Source: a bacterium
Lineage (GTDB): Bacteria > Synergistota > GBS-1
Length of the DNA: 64,000 nucleotides
Direction: 5' to 3'
NCBI GenBank assembly: GCA_030153785.1
Contig: JASKLF010000002.1
Span: 38,565 to 102,564, forward strand
Under the pieces are notes generated by a model that did no database searches, was not told the origin of the DNA, and saw nothing but the letters and a program-made list of their open reading frames with translations. This document shows positions 47,061-54,274 of this stretch, one piece after another (the stretch's first letter is position 1; each line of letters begins with the position of its first letter). Both the position numbers and the translations under genes were made by a program.

Positions 47061-47768
47061 ATGTTGAAAGGGAGTTGGAAAAATTTAGTTTTGGGGATAT
47101 CAATAATTTTTCTCACGATCTTATTATCCTCCCCATCATTCGCTGAAGTCAACCTTTTCATAGATAAAAATACCGTTAGAGTTTACGACCCAGAGCTTAA
47201 AAATTGGTCTATTCTTAACGATTTTAAACCCACAGGATGGAGAACAGGCAATTATCTTGCACTTGTATGGAACAAGAATCACGCATACATATATGATGTA
47301 AGAATTCATCAGTGGCACCCTCTTCTTGATTGCAACCCAGTTAATGGTGTAGTTAGAAATACACTTGCAATTGTGTGGAACCCTAATAGGGCCTATGCAT
47401 ACGATGTGAATTTGAGACAATGGGTTCCAAAAGATACTATTGACACAATTACAGCAGCAAATGCCACCGATTCGTTTGCAACAATTGTGACAGTAGCTTC
47501 GGTATATCTATATGATGCTTTTTTAAAACAGTGGGTCGGTCTTGATGATATAGATCCTACTGGTTGGGCTATGAATGAAAACTTCTTGCTGGTTTGGAAT
47601 TCTGAAAATGCCTATGTATATGATCTCTCTCTTCATCAATGGGCCGTTGCTGAAGGGATAAAGCCCCAAAGCGGAATGGTTGAACCCCAACAAGTAGTGG
47701 TTTATACTGTAGACAAGATCTTCTTCTATGATAGAAATACTCACAGATGGAGGGCGACCTACCGTTAA
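47061..47768 (+). CDS. Secreted repeat protein: signal peptide plus six 36-residue repeats (function unknown)
   Basis: ATG 47061 is preceded by GGAGGTG. The N-terminus MLKGSWKNLVLGISIIFLTILLSSPSFA-EV resembles a Sec signal peptide. YD dipeptides fall at residues 42, 78, 114, 151, 187 and 223, each followed 7 residues later by W. The track ORF start at 46797 is an antisense extension into dnaX and is rejected. Confidence 0.7.
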   Translation: MLKGSWKNLVLGISIIFLTILLSSPSFAEVNLFIDKNTVRVYDPELKNWSILNDFKPTGWRTGNYLALVWNKNHAYIYDVRIHQWHPLLDCNPVNGVVRNTLAIVWNPNRAYAYDVNLRQWVPKDTIDTITAANATDSFATIVTVASVYLYDAFLKQWVGLDDIDPTGWAMNENFLLVWNSENAYVYDLSLHQWAVAEGIKPQSGMVEPQQVVVYTVDKIFFYDRNTHRWRATYR

Positions 47769-48621
47769 AGGTTTCAGGCTTTATATTCTTCCAATAGTCC
47801 TTTTTCTTGCTACACCTGTAATACTTCATAAGGAATTTAGTGGAGAAATTATATTAAAGCCCTATATATTCAAAGTGGGCAACTTTGACATAAGATGGTA
47901 TGCTATTCTAATAGTTACAGGATTTGTATTAGGAGCTCGGTTAGTATACAACCGAGCTCCTAAATACGGTATAGCTACTAAGGATATAGACTTACTTTTG
48001 ATTTCAGGTTATATAGCGGGACTGATAGGAGCACGATTATACTATGTTATTTTTAACTGGAACTATTATGCAAGGAACCCTTTTGAAATCATCGCCTTTT
48101 GGCATGGCGGATTAGCTATCCACGGAGCATGGATAGGTGCACTTTTAACAGGCATTATCTTTGCAAGAATAAAGAAAATTCCCTTTCTAAAGCTGGCCGA
48201 TTTATGCGTTGTAGCTTTCCCCTTGGCACAAAGTATTGGAAGATGGGGGAACTTTTTCAACTACGAAGCTTTCGGCACTCCAACTGACCTTCCGTGGAAG
48301 CTTTTTATTCCAAAAGGGGCAAGACCTATAGCTTATAGAGACTTCTCTTATTTCCATCCAACTTTCTTATACGAGTCAGCATGGGATCTCTTTGTGTTCA
48401 TCTATCTCTACCAACTTGAGAAAAAGGAACCCCCTCAAGGTGTACTTTTCTTCCGATACCTTCTTCTTTACTCAATAGGAAGACTTTTTATAGAATCCCT
48501 TAGAACAGACAGCCTATACTTTGGAAATTTCCGAGTCGCCCAACTCATAAGCCTCTTCTTCATTGCCATAGCCATATATTTTGAGCTGAGTATCAAGAAA
48601 AGACTTTATAGTGAGGGCTAA
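47728..48621 (+). CDS. lgt: Prolipoprotein diacylglyceryl transferase
   Basis: Motifs are IRWYA, HGGLAIHGA and the signature GRWGNFFN.EAFG. The start codon is uncertain: ATG 47728 has no SD and overlaps the upstream gene by 41 nt. Confidence 0.85.
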   Translation: MIEILTDGGRPTVKGFRLYILPIVLFLATPVILHKEFSGEIILKPYIFKVGNFDIRWYAILIVTGFVLGARLVYNRAPKYGIATKDIDLLLISGYIAGLIGARLYYVIFNWNYYARNPFEIIAFWHGGLAIHGAWIGALLTGIIFARIKKIPFLKLADLCVVAFPLAQSIGRWGNFFNYEAFGTPTDLPWKLFIPKGARPIAYRDFSYFHPTFLYESAWDLFVFIYLYQLEKKEPPQGVLFFRYLLLYSIGRLFIESLRTDSLYFGNFRVAQLISLFFIAIAIYFELSIKKRLYSEG

Positions 48622-50016
48622 CTTCTCTCCTATTCCATCAACCTCTGAAATCTCCTTCACAGAAGCTCTTTTTATGCCATAAACTGACTTGAAAACCTTA
48701 AGAAGCTTCTTAACTCTTTCCTCTCCTACGCCAGGAATATCTTTAAGCACCGTTTTAAAAAGCTCTTTTTCCCGCAACTTCCTGTGATATCTAATAGCAA
48801 ATCTATGGGCTTCGTTTCTAACCCTTTGAAGAAGATGAAGTGCTGGAGAATCCTCGGGAATCCTCACGGGAACGGAACTATTAGGCAAATAGACGAGTTC
48901 CTCCCTTTTAGCAAGTCCGATAACGGGAACATCTAAACCGAGTTCGTCCAAGGTCTTTTTAGCAGAGTTAACCTGAGTTATTCCTCCATCAACTAGTATA
49001 AGATCGGGAATCCCCTCTTCAAGGTGCTTGCCATACCTCCTCCTAATCACCTCAGCTATCATCCCAGGATCATCTATACCTTTAACTGTCTTTATCTTAT
49101 ACCTTCTATATTTTTTCTTATAGGGGACACCTCCTTGAAAACAAACCACAACGCCGACCGCTTCTTTGCCATAAAGGTTAGAAATATCTATGCCCTCTAT
49201 AATCTCAGGAACACGTTCAAGCCCAAAAAGCTCTTGAAGCTTTAAAAGTGTCGTTTCCAAATAGTCTTGAGGATAATCTAAAGACATCCTCGGTTGTCTA
49301 AAAACCTTTTCCAAAGCCTTAATCTGATCCCTAACCTTGGCAGCCTCTTCAAATCTCAATTCAAGAGCTAAGGCCTCCATCTTCTTCACAAGCTCAGAAA
49401 TAAGAGTCTTACTTTTTCCGGAAAGAAAAAGAGAAAGGTTTTCCACCATTTCTCTATACTCCTCCTCACCAATCCATCCCATACACGGAGCTTTACACTT
49501 ACCCATATAATAGTTTATACATGGGCGGTCCCTCTTAAGGAGTCTCGAACATAGCCTTAGAGGATAAAACCTTTCTATAAATCTTAAAAGATGCCTCATT
49601 CTTTTTACATTAGTGTATGGCCCAAAATAAAGGTTACCATCGTTTTCCTTAAATACACGTGTCACAACCAAGCGAGGAAACTTTTCAGATATAGTCAAAC
49701 AAAGATAGGGATACTTTATACCATACTTAAGCATTGTATTATATTTAGGTTTATATTTTCTTATAAGGTCCGCTTCAAGAATCAAAGCCTCGGCCTCACT
49801 CTCAGTAGTAATATAAGTAAAGGAAGCTATCTCGTCTATAAGCTTTTTGACTTTGGGTGAAAAATCAAAGGATCGCGTAAAGTAAGAACTAACCCTCCTC
49901 TTAAGGCAACGGGATTTGCCAACATATATAACCTCTCCCCTTTTATTTAACATAAGGTATACCCCAGGAGTTTCAGGCAAAGATAGGGCTTTTTCTTTCA
50001 GCTTCTCCTTAATAAT
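48514..50016 (-). CDS. uvrC: Excinuclease ABC subunit C
   Basis: GIY-YIG motif is PGVYLM.N..GEVIYVGKS..LK.RV.SYF, with a UVR domain (FEEAAKVRDQIKALE) and C-terminal HhH motifs (IPGVGE..., VDGIGEKLA). The track start TTG 49980 removes a conserved N-terminal segment. The frame is open back to TAA 50040-50038 and contains only ATT ATT (50016/50013) and CTG (50001) as possible initiators. GAGGAGG lies 8 nt upstream of ATT 50016. Confidence 0.8.
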   Translation of the reverse strand: MIKEKLKEKALSLPETPGVYLMLNKRGEVIYVGKSRCLKRRVSSYFTRSFDFSPKVKKLIDEIASFTYITTESEAEALILEADLIRKYKPKYNTMLKYGIKYPYLCLTISEKFPRLVVTRVFKENDGNLYFGPYTNVKRMRHLLRFIERFYPLRLCSRLLKRDRPCINYYMGKCKAPCMGWIGEEEYREMVENLSLFLSGKSKTLISELVKKMEALALELRFEEAAKVRDQIKALEKVFRQPRMSLDYPQDYLETTLLKLQELFGLERVPEIIEGIDISNLYGKEAVGVVVCFQGGVPYKKKYRRYKIKTVKGIDDPGMIAEVIRRRYGKHLEEGIPDLILVDGGITQVNSAKKTLDELGLDVPVIGLAKREELVYLPNSSVPVRIPEDSPALHLLQRVRNEAHRFAIRYHRKLREKELFKTVLKDIPGVGEERVKKLLKVFKSVYGIKRASVKEISEVDGIGEKLALTIKSFLDTQLKIYGYGNEEEAYELGDSEISKV

Positions 50017-50987
50017 CCTTCTAACCTCCTCATTCCTTTATTAATTTCATTCATTATTTCCTCATATAGCCTTTGCGTAGAAGCTGAAAAACCGGAAACC
50101 AAACCATCTACAGACCAATCAAGCAGACTTCTATCATCGTAGGGAACGCCATATGCATCGGTTAGGGGGACACCTGCTTCTTTTAAAATCAAATTAATAG
50201 CTGCAAGGTCGTAAGGCAACATACCCACAGGCTTACCCTTTGTTATCTGGTGAAACTCTTCTCTTAAGGAAGGAAAATCTCTGTAAAGTCTATTCCCCAC
50301 ATCGACCCATGCATGAAATTGACCTGTTAGTATTCTTGTTAAGGAAAAGGTGCAACTATTCAAAACGAAAAACCCACCTCTTATAGCAGACCTATTTATT
50401 AACTCCTCCATACATACAGCAATCCAACGAGCAGGTCTTCCTATAAAACCGAGACTCCAGAAAAGTCCGTCAAGGCTCTCCGGCTCCACAGGACAGGGGT
50501 CAAATATCTTGCCTTCCTCCTCTATCCAAGCTCCTTTTCCCCTTTCTGCCCAAAAGAACCTATCATCCTTAAGCTCTAGTATACAGGCTAAAAAAACATC
50601 CTTATACTTGGGATCATCGTTCATAGGGCTCACAGCTACAGAAACGGTGCAAGCCTCCAAACCAGCAGCAGCCGAGCGTGTCCCGTCGATTGGATCAATT
50701 ACGAGAAGATACTCCGGGTTTCCTTTTTTAACCAAGCCCTCGTCCTCTGTGCAATAGGCCAGTTCCCCCCTATCAACCAGAGGTTGAAGAACCTTTTTAA
50801 TTTCTCTTTCCGCTACCATATCTATTCCATAAGTTACATCCCCACTATAGGCAACCTTCTCTATATTTTTGGCAAATTTGGTTCCCAAAAAGGGCTTAAC
50901 TGCGGACTTAACATTAAGGGTCAAATTCCTAAGAAGAGATTTAAGATCCAACTTTAGAAACACCTCCTTCAGTTCATTCGGCATCAT
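49998..50987 (-). CDS. Inositol monophosphatase / FBPase-family phosphatase
   Basis: Motifs are DVTYGID.VAE and LLVIDPIDGT. The start is uncertain: ATG 50987 or 50984 gives a family-typical N-terminus, whereas the track start TTG 51065 would run antisense across the cysS start and promoter. Confidence 0.7.
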   Translation of the reverse strand: MMPNELKEVFLKLDLKSLLRNLTLNVKSAVKPFLGTKFAKNIEKVAYSGDVTYGIDMVAEREIKKVLQPLVDRGELAYCTEDEGLVKKGNPEYLLVIDPIDGTRSAAAGLEACTVSVAVSPMNDDPKYKDVFLACILELKDDRFFWAERGKGAWIEEEGKIFDPCPVEPESLDGLFWSLGFIGRPARWIAVCMEELINRSAIRGGFFVLNSCTFSLTRILTGQFHAWVDVGNRLYRDFPSLREEFHQITKGKPVGMLPYDLAAINLILKEAGVPLTDAYGVPYDDRSLLDWSVDGLVSGFSASTQRLYEEIMNEINKGMRRLEGLLRRS

Positions 50988-51034
50988 TATATATGGTATA
51001 ATTCTTTTAATCAAGGAGGGAGGTGTGGAAAAGC

Positions 51035-52450
51035 ATGGGAATCGTCTTTCAAAACACCTTAACAAAAAAGAAGGAGCCTTTTAAAACTATAGAATCTGGA
51101 AAAGTTAGAATGTATGTTTGTGGTCCTACCGTATACAATTACTTTCATATAGGAAACGCAAGACCATTTATAATATTCGATATAGCGAGAAGATACATGG
51201 AATACAAGGGTTACGTAGTCAAGTATGTTCAAAACTTTACTGATATAGACGATAAAATTATAAAAAGAGCACGCGAAGAGGGTAAAAGCTGGAAAGAAAT
51301 AGCAGAAAAATATATAGAAGCTTATTTTGAAGACGCCGATGCTTTGAAAATAAAGAGAGCTACTTATTATCCAAGGGCAACGGAACACATAAAGGAAATG
51401 ATAGAACTCATAAATACTTTGATAGAAAAGGGGCACGCCTATGTCGTTGAGGGAGATGTATACTACGATGTTTATAGCTTCCCCGAATACGGTAAGCTTT
51501 CTGGAAAACCCATAAGTGAACTTGAAGCTGGTGCCAGGGTAGAACCAGATCCTAAAAAGAAAAATCCCTTAGATTTCGCTCTATGGAAAAGGGCCAAGGA
51601 GGGCGAACCTTACTGGGAAAGCCCTTGGGGGAAGGGAAGGCCAGGATGGCACATAGAATGTTCTGTAATGTCAATGAAACACTTAGGGGAAACCATTGAC
51701 ATTCACGCGGGTGGAGAGGATCTGGTTTTCCCACATCATGAAAACGAAATAGCTCAAAGTGAAGGGGCAACAGGAAAACCCTTCTGTAACTTTTGGCTTC
51801 ACAATGGCTATCTTTTAATAAATGAAGAGAAGATGTCAAAATCTTTAGGCAACATTTTAACAGCAAGAGAACTAAGACAAAGATATCCCGCTGAAGTTTT
51901 AAGATTATTCATGTTATCAGCTCATTATAGACACCCGATTAACTTTAGCGATGAAACTCTAAAACAGGCTGAAAGCAGTCAGCGAAGAATTCAAAATGCA
52001 GTGGTCAACCTTAGGGAAGCCTTAAACAGCAGCGACCTCTCAAAACCCATATCTAAAGAAGACTTTAAATTTGCAGAAGAAATAGAAAAAGCAAGAACGG
52101 GTTTCGAGGAGAGCATGGACGACGATTTAAACACTCCTGAAGCGCTGGCAAGCATCTTTGAGTTCATAAAATCTATGAACACCTATTTAACAGAAACAAC
52201 AACCCCTAAAAGAGACCTTCTGGAAAAATCCATATCATTTCTGAACAATATAAACGAAGTATTCGGAATAATAAAAACGGAAGAGAAGTTACCCATAGAA
52301 GTGGAAGAAATAGAAAAGCTCATTAAGGAAAGAGAAAAAGCTAGAAAGGAGAAAAACTGGGAAAAGGCTGATTCGATAAGAGATTTCCTGCTATCCAAAG
52401 GTATCATTTTAGAAGACACTCCTTGGGGAACAAGATGGAAGGTGAAGTAA
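51035..52450 (+). CDS. cysS: Cysteine--tRNA ligase
   Basis: Motifs are MYVCGPTVYNYFHIGNARP (HIGH-type), WHIECS and KMSKSLGN. ATG 51035 is preceded by GGAGGGAGGTG. An extended -10 TGgTATAAT sits at 50994-51002. Confidence 0.93.
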   Translation: MGIVFQNTLTKKKEPFKTIESGKVRMYVCGPTVYNYFHIGNARPFIIFDIARRYMEYKGYVVKYVQNFTDIDDKIIKRAREEGKSWKEIAEKYIEAYFEDADALKIKRATYYPRATEHIKEMIELINTLIEKGHAYVVEGDVYYDVYSFPEYGKLSGKPISELEAGARVEPDPKKKNPLDFALWKRAKEGEPYWESPWGKGRPGWHIECSVMSMKHLGETIDIHAGGEDLVFPHHENEIAQSEGATGKPFCNFWLHNGYLLINEEKMSKSLGNILTARELRQRYPAEVLRLFMLSAHYRHPINFSDETLKQAESSQRRIQNAVVNLREALNSSDLSKPISKEDFKFAEEIEKARTGFEESMDDDLNTPEALASIFEFIKSMNTYLTETTTPKRDLLEKSISFLNNINEVFGIIKTEEKLPIEVEEIEKLIKEREKARKEKNWEKADSIRDFLLSKGIILEDTPWGTRWKVK

Positions 52451-52452
52451 AC

Positions 52453-52486
52453 AAAAGGCGTGCCTCCACGTGGAGGCACGCCTTTT
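52453..52486. terminator. Bidirectional intrinsic terminator between convergent cysS and speD
   Basis: Perfect palindrome AAAAGGCGTGCCTCCACGTGGAGGCACGCCTTTT, an 11-bp GC-rich stem with loop ACGT. It is flanked by an A run upstream and TTTTGTTTTT downstream. Confidence 0.8.
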
Positions 52487-52541
52487 GTTTTTGCCACTTC
52501 CCTTAGCAGACATCTGACCCTCTCCCAAGGAGGGGGCATGC

Positions 52542-52943
52542 TTAGGATGTGGCCTCATTGAAAAATCTTGTGGGGGTTAGATCCCTAAACCTACCCCTTT
52601 GCACTTCCAAAGTAGTTACCTTTTTACTTTCCAAAGCTTCTGCAAGATAACTAAAAGCTTTCCAGGGGTCTGCGGTTTCCCCGCAGGTAAACAAATCAAT
52701 AGCAGCGTAACCGTACTCAGGCCAAGTATGGATGGCCAGGTGGGACTCCGAGATTACAACTACTCCACTCACCCCATAAGGTTGGAATTTCCTGAAAACA
52801 ACATCGACAACTTCTGCTCCTGTTCTTGTAGCTGCTTCAACCATCGCTTCTTGAAGAAATTGAATATCATCAAGTAACTCAGGGTTACACTCGTAAGCCT
52901 CCACCAGGACATGCCTGCCCAAGGCCTTGTCGGTTACTCTCAA
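52542..52943 (-). CDS. speD: S-adenosylmethionine decarboxylase proenzyme (small bacterial/archaeal type)
   Basis: 133 aa. Self-processing motif is VVISESHLAIHTWPE, followed by DLFTCG. TTG start with AAGGAGGGGG SD. Confidence 0.9.
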   Translation of the reverse strand: MRVTDKALGRHVLVEAYECNPELLDDIQFLQEAMVEAATRTGAEVVDVVFRKFQPYGVSGVVVISESHLAIHTWPEYGYAAIDLFTCGETADPWKAFSYLAEALESKKVTTLEVQRGRFRDLTPTRFFNEATS

Positions 52944-52978
52944 TCCAACCCCCTCCTTTCCACTCAGAGTCCAAATTT

Positions 52979-53018
52979 AAAAACGGGAAGCCGCCCCTCA
53001 CGGGACTTAACCCCCCGT
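52979..53018 (-). terminator. Terminator-like hairpin plus U tract inside the speD 5' leader (candidate attenuator)
   Basis: The minus-strand RNA ACGGGGGG-UUAAGU-CCC-GUGA-GGG-GCGG-CUUCCCGU-UUUU has an 8-bp outer stem (including two G-U pairs) and an inner 3-bp hairpin, followed by a U run. It lies between the promoter and the speD SD. Confidence 0.4.
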
Positions 53019-53038
53019 CCTTATTCACGCTAAGGATT

Positions 53039-53066
53039 ATTATAGCGACATTACCCTTCTTGTCAA
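53039..53066 (-). promoter_or_regulatory. Near-consensus sigma-70-type promoter for speD
   Basis: On the minus strand: TTGACA (53066-53061), 16 nt spacer, TATAAT (53044-53039), about 95 nt upstream of the TTG start at 52943. Confidence 0.6.
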
Positions 53067-53093
53067 GCCATTTAAGATAAATTTCTCAAAAAA

Positions 53094-53519
53094 TCATAGC
53101 TTATGCTTCATAGGTTGCGTAAAAGCAATCTTATTTACCTCCTCAAAGGTATATAACCTACCCCTATTTATTCCAGGACAGCTTTTAGCCAAGGAATCCC
53201 ATTTTTCCTTTGAAGCTAATATCGATGGCCAGAAAGGAAAGGTCTTACACTGAGATGGTCTAACCTCGTATATCAAACATTTGGCGCTTTTTCTATCATA
53301 AAAAACACAATCACCATTATGCTCTTCCTTTAAAGACCACTCTTTACCGATTTGTATAGCATACATACTAATAAAAAGCTGGAGAGGCATCCCCACAAAG
53401 GAGGATATCCTCTCCAGCTCTTCCATGCTACACCAAACGTATCCTGGCTCTCCCCTACAACATCTGCCACACGCAAGACACTCAAATCTCAAACCTGTTT
53501 CATACCACTTCCTTAACAT
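53094..53519 (-). CDS. YkgJ-family cysteine-cluster protein (CxxCxxCC)
   Basis: 141 aa. N-terminal motif is [18 protein letters not shown], with further conserved Cys residues. Confidence 0.7.
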   Translation of the reverse strand: MLRKWYETGLRFECLACGRCCRGEPGYVWCSMEELERISSFVGMPLQLFISMYAIQIGKEWSLKEEHNGDCVFYDRKSAKCLIYEVRPSQCKTFPFWPSILASKEKWDSLAKSCPGINRGRLYTFEEVNKIAFTQPMKHKL

Positions 53520-54267
53520 AGTTAAGGAGTTTCCCTATTCCTTCTATCTCAACAATAACTTCATCCCCATCTTTTATGGGGCCAATTCCTGGAGGAGTTC
53601 CTGTAGCTATAACATCCCCTGGCTCCAATGTCATTATTTTTGAAACAAAAGAAACTATCTCGTATACATTGAAAATCATGTCAGAAGTCCGACCGTCTTG
53701 TTTGACTTCTCCATTAAGATAGAGTTTTATAGAAAGGTCTAAAGGATCCAAATCAGTAGCGATCCAAGGCCCAAAAGGAGCAAATGTGTCAAAAGACTTA
53801 GAACGTGTCCACTGGCCGTCCTTTTGCTGTAAAGTTCTCGCTGTAACATCATTAAAACAAGTGTAACCCAATATGTAATTGTAAGCCTCCTCTTTAGAAA
53901 CATTTTTACATTTTTTCCCTATAACTATAGCAAGCTCCGCCTCATAATCAACCCTTCCCACGCCTTTAGGAATTTGAATCACATCTCCTAATCCTATTAC
54001 AGCAGATGGAGGCTTAAGAAAAATCAAAGGCTCTTCTGGTATTGGAAATCCTGTCTCCTTAGCATGATCCTTGTAGTTAAGACCAAGCGCAATTATCTTT
54101 GTAGGTGATGTTGGAGAAAGAAACTTAACATTAGACACAGGAACTTCCTTTTCGAAGTCATCGCTTATACCATTCCACGGTTCACTCTTCAAGACCAACA
54201 CATTGTCACCTTTAACAATTCCCCATTTCGTTTCTCCGTCAAGCAAGAAACGCGCCAAGAAAGGCAT
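53500..54267 (-). CDS. Fumarylacetoacetate hydrolase (FAH) family protein
   Basis: 255 aa. Motifs are [10 protein letters not shown] and YE.ELA.VIGK, with the C-terminal GD.I.TGTP.G. The start lies 8 nt after the rpoC stop. Confidence 0.82.
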   Translation of the reverse strand: MPFLARFLLDGETKWGIVKGDNVLVLKSEPWNGISDDFEKEVPVSNVKFLSPTSPTKIIALGLNYKDHAKETGFPIPEEPLIFLKPPSAVIGLGDVIQIPKGVGRVDYEAELAIVIGKKCKNVSKEEAYNYILGYTCFNDVTARTLQQKDGQWTRSKSFDTFAPFGPWIATDLDPLDLSIKLYLNGEVKQDGRTSDMIFNVYEIVSFVSKIMTLEPGDVIATGTPPGIGPIKDGDEVIVEIEGIGKLLNYVKEVV

Positions 54268-54274
54268 CTAATCA

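Noticed and set aside
50988-51034. Looked for a T-box leader upstream of cysS.
   Set aside because: The 5' UTR from the extended -10 (50994-51002) to ATG 51035 is only about 25 nt. I saw no specifier hairpin or T-box sequence.
53019-53035. Hairpin CCUUA-GCGUGAA-UAAGG at the very 5' end of the speD leader.
   Set aside because: Given the -10 box at 53039-53044, the transcription start probably falls inside the 5' arm, so the hairpin is unlikely to exist in the RNA.
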